Below, piece by piece: positions 17,785 to 26,979 of a stretch of 64,000 bases of DNA (position 1 is the stretch's first letter; the number at the start of each line of letters is the position of its first letter). The notes under the pieces were generated by a model. It saw only the letters and a list, made by a program, of their open reading frames with translations. It made no database searches and was not told the origin of the DNA. The stretch covers positions 162,155 to 226,154 of the forward strand of contig CAYYVW010000001.1 in the NCBI GenBank assembly GCA_964473925.1, in the 5' to 3' direction. This DNA comes from an uncultured Verrucomicrobiaceae bacterium (GTDB lineage: Bacteria > Verrucomicrobiota > Verrucomicrobiia > Methylacidiphilales > CAYYVW01). Made by a program: the position numbers and the translations under genes.

Positions 17785-18276
17785 ATGTCTTCTCGTCGTG
17801 AAATTGCTCAAAGATTAAGAACGGTCCGACTCGGTGCCGGTGGAATTGCAAGCACTGCACTGCTTGTCGTCAGTTTAGCCGCACTTCTCTCAGGAGATAA
17901 AAGCCCTACGCCCACCGAACCGGTGCCTGCACCGGTTTCCGGTCCCGCGCCGGAACTACCTCTTGAGCGCAAACTTGCGACTGTACCAAGCTCGACCCTA
18001 GAACCGGGACTCGCCTTCGAGGCATTCGCTCCCGCGCCGCCTGCTCCTCCTCCTGTGCCTCTTGCCAACGAAGATCGTCCGATCTTCGCCGTGAATCCAG
18101 AGACCCTCCGCTGTGTCCCTGCCAGGACGCTCGTTCTTCCACCAGGAACTCCACTCGCATTATGCGCCGCTCCACGCCCTTCCCTTTGCGTTGATTTCGA
18201 TTTTGGTCCTTTAGGCCAACTTGCAACAGGCTCTAACTCATTGCGCTTTTGCGACAGCCCTAGAAATAATCCTTAA
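17785..18276 (+). CDS. Small single-pass membrane protein, Pro-rich, 4 Cys
   Basis: TM IASTALLVVSLAALL, then a Pro-rich linker (PTPTEPVPAPVSGPAP, APAPPAPPPVP). TTGACA at 17748..17753 in the same GTTGACAAAT context as the previous gene. Confidence 0.4.
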   Translation: MSSRREIAQRLRTVRLGAGGIASTALLVVSLAALLSGDKSPTPTEPVPAPVSGPAPELPLERKLATVPSSTLEPGLAFEAFAPAPPAPPPVPLANEDRPIFAVNPETLRCVPARTLVLPPGTPLALCAAPRPSLCVDFDFGPLGQLATGSNSLRFCDSPRNNP

Positions 18277-18290
18277 CACCCCTTCGGATA

Positions 18291-18629
18291 ATGCGGCCAT
18301 CTCCCTCACGCTCTCTTTTACGCGGCCCCTTCACTTGGGAAAAATTCGGCGCCTGGGTCGGCCTTCTCGTGGCTGCCGGTAGTGCGGTAGTAATATATGA
18401 CCAACTCAAGGGTAACAATCCTAGTAAATCCGCCCCTTTGCAAAAGCCCAAGTCAACTCCAACCGCCCCTGTCACGCCCGCTGTTCCCTCCGGCGCAAGT
18501 GACCGACGACGCGATATGATGAGCTGCACATCCGTCGTGAGAGACGGCACAGCCGTTATTACCTGCGATCCCAACAGTATCCGTCGGCCGGAAGATATCG
18601 GCTGGCCAATCAGATCACCCTTGCCGTAG
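18291..18629 (+). CDS. Small single-pass membrane protein, Pro/Thr linker, Cys pair
   Basis: TM FGAWVGLLVAAGSAVVIY, then KPKSTPTAPVTPAVP, then CTSVVRDGTAVITC. Confidence 0.4.
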   Translation: MRPSPSRSLLRGPFTWEKFGAWVGLLVAAGSAVVIYDQLKGNNPSKSAPLQKPKSTPTAPVTPAVPSGASDRRRDMMSCTSVVRDGTAVITCDPNSIRRPEDIGWPIRSPLP

Positions 18630-18644
18630 TCCGGTTATCCAAGC

Positions 18645-20381
18645 TTAATCCGCCGACTTCCAATCCATGAGCCGAAGCTGGATTGTATCGCGATAATCGT
18701 CCCAGCGTAAATTTCCACCCAAGAAGAGAGGCAGCGACGGCGTATTCGCCAACCAGTGCGCTTGACCAAACGCCACCGCTTCCGTTCGCCCGGCTCCGGT
18801 GCGAATCGTCATCTTCAGGTGTTGCGCTTCTTTCCCGAAAGCCGAGGGCAGACGATCGAACATGACCGGGCCGACCGCCAGCACCGGCTCCGGGTTCCCC
18901 TGCCCAAACGGCGCGAGCTTTTGGAGCTCTTCCCACAATCCAACCGTGATCGCTTGCGGATCAATCAATGCATCGATTGCCAGTCGCGGTTGCCACGCAT
19001 CAGCGGGGACGTTTTCCGCAAGCCACGCTTCTAGCGCACTACAAAATGCCGGCAGCTTTTCTTCTTGAATCGTCAGCCCCGCCGCCATCGCGTGTCCACC
19101 GCAGCGCTCCAAATGCTCTTCGCATGCCCGCAGCGCGTCGGCGATATGACATCCGGCGATGCTGCGCGCGCTTCCCTTCCCGATGCCGGCATCGTCAAAC
19201 CCAATGATGATCGCGGGCCGGTAGTGCAGTTTTTGCAGGCGTGACGCGACAATGCCCACCACGCCGGGATGCCAGCCACGTCCGCCCACCACGATCGCGC
19301 GGCTCCGCTCCGGATCAAACTCAGCTTCGAGCCGCGCCTTTGCTTCTTCCAAAACGCCTCGCTCAGTCTCTTGCCGCTCCCGGTTGCGCAGATCGAGTGC
19401 CTGCGCCAAACGCTCGGCCTCCTGCGCATCGTCGGTCGTCAAGAGCTGCAATGACTCGAGCGCATCCCCCAGCCGCCCCATCGCATTGAGCCGCGGACCA
19501 ATCTTAAAGCCGATATCATACGGCGTCGCCGCACCTTTCATCCCCGTGATTTCTTTGAGCGCACGCAATCCCGCATTCTGCGTTTGCTCGAGCACGCGCA
19601 AGCCGTGATGTACGAGGATCCGGTTCTCCTCCACGAGCGGCACGATATCAGCAATCGTCCCCGTGGCGGCCAGATCTAAGTAATTTCGCAAATCGAAAAC
19701 ACGTTCGCCTTCGGGTAGCAGCTTGAGAAGCCCGTGACAAAGTTTGAAAGCCAGACCCACCGTCGCAAAATAGGTCCGCGCGCCGTCCCGATGCGGATTC
19801 ACAACGGCGGCACACTCCGGCAACCGATCGCCCAGCGTGTGGTGATCGACGACGATAACGCTCGTCCCTTGCGCCTGCAACCATGCGATCTCATCGGGTG
19901 AATTCGTCCCGCAATCGAGTGCGACGAGCACGCCCGGAGCGCCGCCGTGCTCCTGCAAGCATCGTTCCAACCCGTCGCGCGTGAGGCCGTATCCCTCGTC
20001 CATCCGGTGTGGCAGAAAGCTGCGAATCTTTTGAGCGCCAAGTTTTCTGAGCGCTCGCAGCATCAGGGCGGATGAAGTGACGCCGTCGACATCGTAGTCG
20101 CTATAGAGAATGATCGACTCACTCTGCGCAATCGCATGCAACAAGCGCTCGGCCGCAACGCGCAGATCGGTGATCAGGAACGGATCGCCCAAGGCTTGCA
20201 GCTTCGGGTCGAGGAATGCGCGCGCGGCGGCCTCGTCCGTGAATCCGCGCTGTCGCAACAGCGTTGCCAGAATCGGTGAAACGCCCAACGTGTGCCCCAA
20301 CGCCTCCGCTTGCGGATCCGGCGGCGGCCACTGCCAGATCGGGACCGGAGGCGCGCTCGTCATGCGATCAGGCGCTCGCAC
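18645..20381 (-). CDS. recJ: Single-stranded-DNA-specific exonuclease RecJ
   Basis: DHH-family motifs DYDVDGVTS, ALDCG, VVDHH, and DHHA1 GGHAMAAG. Confidence 0.9.
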   Translation of the reverse strand: MRAPDRMTSAPPVPIWQWPPPDPQAEALGHTLGVSPILATLLRQRGFTDEAAARAFLDPKLQALGDPFLITDLRVAAERLLHAIAQSESIILYSDYDVDGVTSSALMLRALRKLGAQKIRSFLPHRMDEGYGLTRDGLERCLQEHGGAPGVLVALDCGTNSPDEIAWLQAQGTSVIVVDHHTLGDRLPECAAVVNPHRDGARTYFATVGLAFKLCHGLLKLLPEGERVFDLRNYLDLAATGTIADIVPLVEENRILVHHGLRVLEQTQNAGLRALKEITGMKGAATPYDIGFKIGPRLNAMGRLGDALESLQLLTTDDAQEAERLAQALDLRNRERQETERGVLEEAKARLEAEFDPERSRAIVVGGRGWHPGVVGIVASRLQKLHYRPAIIIGFDDAGIGKGSARSIAGCHIADALRACEEHLERCGGHAMAAGLTIQEEKLPAFCSALEAWLAENVPADAWQPRLAIDALIDPQAITVGLWEELQKLAPFGQGNPEPVLAVGPVMFDRLPSAFGKEAQHLKMTIRTGAGRTEAVAFGQAHWLANTPSLPLFLGGNLRWDDYRDTIQLRLMDWKSAD

Positions 20382-22668
20382 GAACTGCCTTCGCCCGCTT
20401 GCGCTTCTGGTGGGAATAGTCGAGCCATTCGGCCAGCGGTGGCGAGATGAAGTGCGAGGAGTAGAGTCCGGACAAAATACCGATGAGCATCGCCAGCGCG
20501 AAGTCGTGGATCACAGGGCCGCCGAAGAAAATGAGTGCGAGCGTCGCGATGATCATCGTCGTACCTGTGAGGAGCGTGCGCGCCAACGTCAAATTCAAGC
20601 TGCGATTGATCTGCTCACGCAGGGTGCCGCCTTCGCCCAGCTTCATTCCTTCGCGGATTCGGTCGAAGACGACGATCTTATCGTTGATCGAGTAACCCGC
20701 AATCGTCAGGAACGCTCCGACCAAGGGAAGCGTGAGCTCGCGCTGCAAGAGCGCCATCATCCCGATCGCGATGAGCACGTCGTGCAGCTGACCAATCGCG
20801 GCGGCGACGGCCTGCGCCCATTCAAACCGGATCGCGGCGTAAACCAAGATGCCCAGCAGGCCCAGGCCCAACGCAAAGAGCGCGCGGTGCTTGAGCTCAT
20901 CGCCGACTTGCGGCCCGATGCTGTCCAAGCTTCCGTGCGCAAAGCCGGCTTGCGGGAAGCGCTCGCGCAGCGTCCGCTCAACCAACTCGCCCTCGCCCAC
21001 GCGCGCCTGCAGTACCAGCTGCTTGGCGTCGCGCGCATACTGAATCAGACACTCACGCACTCCCGCTTGCTCGAGCGCGGAGCGAACTTGCTCGACCGGT
21101 ACCAGCTGCTCGTAGCGAAGCGTCAGCGCATCACCGCCGGTAAAGTCAACACCGAGCAGCTCGCTCTTCTTTTGCGAGAAAACGAAGATCGATGCAAGGA
21201 TGAGCACCATTGAGAGCGCCACTGCCGGCTTGCCATACCGGAGAAAGTCAAACTTTGGATTACGCAGCATGTGCATCATCGTGAGCTTCGAGATTCGATT
21301 GTGCGCCAGCAGCCACTCAAACACGTTGCGAGTCACGACGACTGCGGCAAACAAATTAGCGATGATGCCCAAGGTCAGCGTGACGGCAAAGCCCCGCAGC
21401 GGGCCCGTCCCCAGGAACATCAGCACTACGGCTGGAATGAGCGTCGTAATGTTGGAATCAAAAATCGCGCTAAATGCCCGGTCGAACCCGGCATGGATCG
21501 CCTGCCGCAGCGGCTTGCCATGCGCGAGCTCGTCCCGGATGCGCTCGTAGATGAGCACGTTCGCATCCACCGCGATACCGATCGTCAGCACGATCCCCGC
21601 GATGCCCGGCAACGTCAGCGTAAAATGGAACTGCGCCAGCAGGCCCATCATCAAAATCAAATTCACGACCAGCGCCAAGACCGCAACCAAACCGGCAAAG
21701 CGGTAGTAAATCACCATAAAGATAATCACACCGACAAACGCGATTACGCCCGCATTACGCCCGCTTTCGATAGAATCGCGGCCCAATGAAGGATCAATCC
21801 CGCGCTCCTCAATAATCTGCACTGGCGTTTCCAGCGGATTTTCAAGCACGCTCGAGAGCTCGTCCGCCTCCGTTGCATTCCCCATTCCGTTGATCACCGC
21901 GTTGCCGTCGATGCGCTCATTGACCCGTGGCGCACTCCGCACTTCGCCGTCGAGCACAATCGCGAGTCGCTGGCCGACCGCCTTCTCTGTCAAATCACCG
22001 AATAGGCGCCTTCCCTCTCCGTCAAATTCAAGCGCCACCTCGGCGCGACCAATCTGATCAAACGTTTTGAACGCGCGCGATACATGCTTGCCCGACATCG
22101 CCGCCGTCCGGTCGACCACGATCCAGCCTTTGACCTGCTCGCCCTTCTGATTTTCAAATGTATTGGGCAGCACCTCATGCGTGATGGCGGCCTCAATCGG
22201 AAGCTGCCGGCCGCTTTCCTCCCACTGCTGCACGAGCGTATCGCTCTGTGGGTGTACGAGGCGGAATTCCAGCTTGGCAACCTTGGAGAGTTTCGTCCGC
22301 GCCTCCGCCTTATCGGCTTCTGCCAGCCCAGGAATCTGCACGCTGATCCGGTTCGAGCCGATTGGCTGCAGCATCAACTCGCGCGTTCCGGTCGGATCCA
22401 GCCGCTTGCGGATCACCTCCACCGCTTGGTCCAGCGCCGCCGGAGAAAGCTGCCCCTGCAACTCTGCCACGTACGACGTTCCGCCCTTCAGATCGAGCCC
22501 CAGCTTGATCGCCCGATCCAGCGGGAAAAGCCAGCACAGGCAGCTAACAAGCGCCGCAGCCGTCGCTGCTAACCCTAGCTGGCGACGCTTCTTTTCGTCG
22601 TCCGAAGCCAGGTACCAGATAAAGCAGATGAAAAAGGCGAGCGCCGCCGCCAAAGAAACATAGAACAT
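20368..22668 (-). CDS. secDF: Fused protein-export membrane protein SecD/SecF
   Basis: GLDLKGG near the N-terminus. There are two RND-like 6-TM halves, each with the conserved motif (DANVLIYERIRDE; INDKIVVFDRIRE). Confidence 0.9.
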   Translation of the reverse strand: MFYVSLAAALAFFICFIWYLASDDEKKRRQLGLAATAAALVSCLCWLFPLDRAIKLGLDLKGGTSYVAELQGQLSPAALDQAVEVIRKRLDPTGTRELMLQPIGSNRISVQIPGLAEADKAEARTKLSKVAKLEFRLVHPQSDTLVQQWEESGRQLPIEAAITHEVLPNTFENQKGEQVKGWIVVDRTAAMSGKHVSRAFKTFDQIGRAEVALEFDGEGRRLFGDLTEKAVGQRLAIVLDGEVRSAPRVNERIDGNAVINGMGNATEADELSSVLENPLETPVQIIEERGIDPSLGRDSIESGRNAGVIAFVGVIIFMVIYYRFAGLVAVLALVVNLILMMGLLAQFHFTLTLPGIAGIVLTIGIAVDANVLIYERIRDELAHGKPLRQAIHAGFDRAFSAIFDSNITTLIPAVVLMFLGTGPLRGFAVTLTLGIIANLFAAVVVTRNVFEWLLAHNRISKLTMMHMLRNPKFDFLRYGKPAVALSMVLILASIFVFSQKKSELLGVDFTGGDALTLRYEQLVPVEQVRSALEQAGVRECLIQYARDAKQLVLQARVGEGELVERTLRERFPQAGFAHGSLDSIGPQVGDELKHRALFALGLGLLGILVYAAIRFEWAQAVAAAIGQLHDVLIAIGMMALLQRELTLPLVGAFLTIAGYSINDKIVVFDRIREGMKLGEGGTLREQINRSLNLTLARTLLTGTTMIIATLALIFFGGPVIHDFALAMLIGILSGLYSSHFISPPLAEWLDYSHQKRKRAKAVRASA

Positions 22669-22723
22669 GAGAGCACGCTGCTATATCACAAGCCCCTCCC
22701 GCTGCAAGTCGTCATTCGCGCGG

Positions 22724-23053
22724 TTACGAAACCGCCACCGACTTCTGCACCGAAGCGATGTGCGATTTGAGCACTTCGATCTTCACGTTGTCGGCGATCT
22801 TCACGACAAAGGTCCGGTCCTTGACGTTGGTGATCGTGCCCAAAATTCCGGCACTCGTCACCACGTCGTCCCCCGTCTTTGCGGCGGCGACGAGCGCGTC
22901 GTGCGTCTTCTTCGCTTGTGTTTGCGGACGAATGAGCAGGAAATAAAAGATCACCGCGATCATCAGAAACGGAAAGTACTGCATCCAAATGGGCGGCTTC
23001 GCGGGCACGGCGGATTCGAGCTGGGCAGTGAAGAGGAGGAGAGAAGTGGTCAT
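22724..23053 (-). CDS. yajC: Preprotein translocase subunit YajC
   Basis: Single N-terminal TM (FPFLMIAVIFYFLLIRPQ) and GDDVVTSAGILGTITNV. Conserved tgt-yajC-secDF synteny. Confidence 0.85.
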   Translation of the reverse strand: MTTSLLLFTAQLESAVPAKPPIWMQYFPFLMIAVIFYFLLIRPQTQAKKTHDALVAAAKTGDDVVTSAGILGTITNVKDRTFVVKIADNVKIEVLKSHIASVQKSVAVS

Positions 23054-23118
23054 AGAAGTAGGTGGGGGTGGAAGTTTTGGAAATTGGAAGAGCGCTCATA
23101 TATATATAGGGCGCCGCG

Positions 23119-24264
23119 TCAAACGCCAGCAGAAGCTGTCGCCGCAGATGCAAGGTATCGCGCCATGAACGTTTGCCGAAATTCACCAAAGCGGTTCATT
23201 TCAAGCGCGCGGCGGATGTTCTTCATCAAGTTGATATAAAAGTACGTGTTATGCAGGCTGATGAGCAACATAGCCGTTAGCTCCCGGCCTTTGAGCAGAT
23301 GGCGCAGGTACGCCCGAGTGTGCTGCTGACATGCGGGGCAAGCGCACCCGGGCTCGAGCGGCTCCTGGTCCCACTGGTATCGGGCGTGCCGGATGTCATA
23401 CATTCCGTCGTGAGTGTAGACGCTTCCGTGGCGCGCCATCCGGGTAGGCAGGACGCAGTCAAACATATCGACCCCCTGCGCAACCATCTCAACCAGCTGA
23501 TTTGGGTGTCCGAGGCCCATGGCATACCGCGGCCGATCTTCGGGGAGATGGGGTACAGAAGCCTCGATCGCAGCATACATCTCGGGCTCGGGCTCGCCGA
23601 CGCTGACGCCGCCGATGGCATAGCCGTCGAACTTGACCTCTTGCAGGGCCTCGGCGCACTTTTTACGTAAATCAGCGAATTTACCACCCTGGACGATTCC
23701 AAACAGGAGCTGCTTCCGGTGCGCCTCTTTGTCTGAAGCATGATGATGATTATAACATGCTTGGGCCCAATCGATTGTACGCTGGACAGCCTTTTTAACC
23801 GCAGCTTCCTCAGCATCCCATGGCGGACACTCATCCAGGACCATCATGATGTCCGATCCTAGCGCCTGCTGCATGCCGATTGCCTCCTTAGGTCCAAGCC
23901 AGACGAGGTCGCCATTGATGTGAGAGCGGAATTCAACACCCAAGTCACTCATTTTACGTATCTTAGACAAGCTGAACACCTGAAAGCCGCCGCTATCAGT
24001 CAAAATCGGACGCTGCCAGTTAATGAATTTATGCAGACCCCCCAGCCGCTCGATCCCTTCCAAGCCCGGCCGGAGAAGCATGTGATACGTATTGGCCAGG
24101 ATGATCTCCGCATCTAAATCATATAAGTTACTGGCAGTGAGCCCCTTAACCGATCCTTGCGTCCCGACGGACATGAAGACAGGCGTCTCGATCGCCCCAT
24201 GGGCCGTAACTAGCCGTCCACGTCGGGCTCGGGTCTGGCTGCACTTGGTGAAAAGTTGAAACAT
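23119..24264 (-). CDS. tgt: Queuine tRNA-ribosyltransferase
   Basis: PVFMSVGTQGSVKG, ILTDSGGFQVFSL, GYAIGGVSVGE, Zn site CACPACQ...H. Confidence 0.95.
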   Translation of the reverse strand: MFQLFTKCSQTRARRGRLVTAHGAIETPVFMSVGTQGSVKGLTASNLYDLDAEIILANTYHMLLRPGLEGIERLGGLHKFINWQRPILTDSGGFQVFSLSKIRKMSDLGVEFRSHINGDLVWLGPKEAIGMQQALGSDIMMVLDECPPWDAEEAAVKKAVQRTIDWAQACYNHHHASDKEAHRKQLLFGIVQGGKFADLRKKCAEALQEVKFDGYAIGGVSVGEPEPEMYAAIEASVPHLPEDRPRYAMGLGHPNQLVEMVAQGVDMFDCVLPTRMARHGSVYTHDGMYDIRHARYQWDQEPLEPGCACPACQQHTRAYLRHLLKGRELTAMLLISLHNTYFYINLMKNIRRALEMNRFGEFRQTFMARYLASAATASAGV

Positions 24265-24445
24265 AACAAAAATCTAGACCGCTCTCTTTCTTGCGGGCCC
24301 TCGGCGTTAGCTAAAACCGCCGAGTTAATCAATGAGAATCCCTTCCCATAAAAAGGATCATTTTCCCGTTGACGCTGCGGATCGATGCTTATAGCGTGGC
24401 ACCCCTTTTTACAGAAGTACTTACAAAAAATCAGACGTCTTATTT

Positions 24446-25609
24446 ATGGCAGAAGAACTTAGCTACGTTTTAATCAATCCTTATACCCTTTCCAAGTCGA
24501 GGACGGGAGGGATCCTTGCTCGCCTCTTGACGCGGACCGCGCTCGAGCTCGTCAGCGCCGAAATGTTTGCCCCCAGCAAGGAGCTCGTCGAGGAGTACCT
24601 CAAGGTCGTCGTCCACAGCCAGGCGCCAGAAGACAGGCACATCCAAGAACTCGTGCGGGACTACGTGCAGCAGAATTATATGCCGGACGCTAAAACTGGT
24701 CGCCGGAAGCGGGCCATGATGCTCCTGCTCAAAGGCGAGAATGCTGTCCGCCGTACTTACGACGCCGTCGGCAAAATTTACCGCGAATCCATCAAGGGCG
24801 AAACAATCCGCGAAACGTATGGGGATTATTTGCTCAATGCAGATAACTCTGTTCGTTATTTTGAACCGGCCGTCCTGATCGCGCCAAGCGTAGAAGAAAC
24901 GCGCGAGCACCTGTGCATCTGGGGCAAGTACGCCGAGAAGGATTCAGCGCTCAACCAAGACGCCGCAGTCGCGAACGAACCTGACCATGAGCGCACGCTC
25001 GTCATCATCAAGCCCGATAACTTCCGCTTCCCGAGCGGCCGTCCCGGCAACGTGATGGATCTGTTTGCCAAAAGCGGACTCCAGATTGCTGCGATCAAGG
25101 TCCACCGGATGACACCCGCCGAAGCGCTCGAGTTTTACGGACCCGTTCGCGACATACTGCGAGAGAAGCTCTGCGGACCTGTGGGTGATCGGGCGAAAGA
25201 TTTGCTGCAATCCGGCCTTCAGATTCAATTGGACGCGGACACCGTGAAGCAACTTGCTCAGGTAGTCGGCCCTATCGCCGGACAGCAACAGTTCGACAGC
25301 ATCGTCCATTTTATGACCGGCCGCTGGCCTGCGCAAACGGGCAAGGATCAGCTCAATGAACCTGGCACCGAGAAATGCATCTGCCTCGTCTACGAAGGCA
25401 AGGATGCTGTTGCGCGGATGCGCGAGGTACTCGGGCCAACTGATCCGGCAAAGGCGCCTCCGGGCTCGATCCGGCGCGAGTTTGGCCAGACGATCATGGT
25501 CAATGCGGCGCATGCTTCCGACTCGACCGATAATGCCAGGCGCGAGCTGGGTATCATCAAGATTGGTGAGAATAATTTTGGCTCCCTCGTCAAAAATTTT
25601 TGCAAGTAG
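24446..25609 (+). CDS. Nucleoside-diphosphate-kinase-family protein with a degenerate N-terminal NDK-like domain and an insertion-bearing C-terminal catalytic domain
   Basis: C-terminal half: ERTLVIIKPDNF...EFYGP...PGSIRREFG...NAAHASDS (catalytic His context NxxH[GA]SDS). N-terminal half: SYVLINPY...IRETYG...EPAVLIAPS, which is NDK-like but lacks the His. Confidence 0.7.
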   Translation: MAEELSYVLINPYTLSKSRTGGILARLLTRTALELVSAEMFAPSKELVEEYLKVVVHSQAPEDRHIQELVRDYVQQNYMPDAKTGRRKRAMMLLLKGENAVRRTYDAVGKIYRESIKGETIRETYGDYLLNADNSVRYFEPAVLIAPSVEETREHLCIWGKYAEKDSALNQDAAVANEPDHERTLVIIKPDNFRFPSGRPGNVMDLFAKSGLQIAAIKVHRMTPAEALEFYGPVRDILREKLCGPVGDRAKDLLQSGLQIQLDADTVKQLAQVVGPIAGQQQFDSIVHFMTGRWPAQTGKDQLNEPGTEKCICLVYEGKDAVARMREVLGPTDPAKAPPGSIRREFGQTIMVNAAHASDSTDNARRELGIIKIGENNFGSLVKNFCK

Positions 25610-25691
25610 CGGCTGGGTTCGCGTTTGACACGACAGGCCAAAGCGTTAGCTTTCCTCCTCCTATTACACCTTACTTTTACCCATTACTTAC

Positions 25692-26864
25692 ATGATGACT
25701 ATGCAAGCTTCCAACCGCGCTGCGGCGCTCTCCCCTTCCCTCACGTTCGCTATTGATGCCAAGGCCAAGGCCATGAAGGCTGAGGGGATCGAAGTGATCA
25801 ACTTTAGCGCGGGCGAGCCCGATTTTGATACTCCCGATCATATTAAAGCCGCCGCCATGGGCGCGCTGGACGCCGGCTTCACCAAGTACACGCCGACAGC
25901 CGGCATCCCCGAGCTGCGCGCCGCAATCGCGGATAAGCTGAAGCGGGAAAACGGGCTCGATTATAAGCCCAATCAAATTGTGGTCTCCTGCGGCGCTAAG
26001 CACGCGTGCTTCAACGCGATGATGGCGACGCTTGAAGCGGACGACGAAGTGATTATCCCCGCTCCGTACTGGGTAAGCTACCCCGAGATGGTCAAGCTTG
26101 CGGGCGGCGTTCCGGTAATCGTCCCGACGACGGCGCAGAAGCAGTACAAGCTCACGCCCGAGCAATTTCAGGATGCGATGACGCCTCGCACCAAGATGAT
26201 CATCTTGAACACGCCGAGCAATCCGACCGGAAGCGTTTACACCGAGAACGAGCTGGCAGCGCTGGTTGAAGTTGCGCTGGAGGAGGAAATCCTCATTCTC
26301 TCCGACGAGATTTACGAGAAGCTCATTTATGATGGTGTGAAGCACTCGAGTATCGCCGCTCTGAGCAAAGAAGTTTATAATCTAACGCTGACGGTCAACG
26401 GCTTCAGCAAGCCGTACGCGATGACCGGCTGGCGCGTTGGCTACGTTGCCGCGCCTGAGGCAATCGCCAAGTCGATTGATAACGTGCAAGGGCACAGCGT
26501 CTCGCACGTCACCAGCTTCGCCCAGAAGGGCGCGCTGGCGGCTTACAAAGGACCCCAAGAGGGTATTACCGCGATGGTGGCCGAGTACGATACCCGCCGC
26601 AATCGGATGACGGAGCTGCTCGATGGCATTACCCGCCTTTCCTACGTTCGGCCCCAGGGCGCGTTCTACGTGATGGTCAACATTGCCAAGACGGGGCTCG
26701 ACTCCCGCGCGTTTGCCGAGCAGCTGCTCGAGAAGAAGCAGGTCGCGGTCGTCCCGGGCGTTGCGTTCGGTGATGACAAGACGATCCGGCTCTCCTACGC
26801 GACTAACCTCGCCTCCATCGAAGAGGGCCTCAAGCGCCTGAACGACTTTGTGACAGGGGCGTAA
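25692..26864 (+). CDS. Aspartate/aromatic aminotransferase (class I PLP enzyme)
   Basis: FSAGEPDFDTP, YTPTAGIPELR, ILSDEIYEKLIYD, NGFSKPYAMTGWRVGY (PLP Lys). Confidence 0.9.
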   Translation: MMTMQASNRAAALSPSLTFAIDAKAKAMKAEGIEVINFSAGEPDFDTPDHIKAAAMGALDAGFTKYTPTAGIPELRAAIADKLKRENGLDYKPNQIVVSCGAKHACFNAMMATLEADDEVIIPAPYWVSYPEMVKLAGGVPVIVPTTAQKQYKLTPEQFQDAMTPRTKMIILNTPSNPTGSVYTENELAALVEVALEEEILILSDEIYEKLIYDGVKHSSIAALSKEVYNLTLTVNGFSKPYAMTGWRVGYVAAPEAIAKSIDNVQGHSVSHVTSFAQKGALAAYKGPQEGITAMVAEYDTRRNRMTELLDGITRLSYVRPQGAFYVMVNIAKTGLDSRAFAEQLLEKKQVAVVPGVAFGDDKTIRLSYATNLASIEEGLKRLNDFVTGA

Positions 26865-26883
26865 TCCAAGATCTCGCCCTTTC

Positions 26884-26921
26884 AAAAAGAGGTCGCCCTG
26901 AAGGGGGCGGCCTCTTTTTTT
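26884..26921 (+). terminator. Rho-independent terminator after the aminotransferase gene
   Basis: AAAAAGAGGTCGCCC-TGAA-GGGGGCGGCCTCTTTTTTT: a GC-rich stem (one G.T pair) followed by a T-run, 20 nt after the stop codon. Confidence 0.65.
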
Positions 26922-26979
26922 CTGTTTTTTATAGAACAGGTTGACGTTTTGATAAAAGAGCGGCACTGAAGTACTCAGT

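Noticed and set aside
20110-21213. 367-aa + strand ORF
   Set aside because: It is antisense to the recJ 5' end and secDF. It is Arg-rich and low-complexity, and the opposite strand encodes conserved SecDF TM segments.
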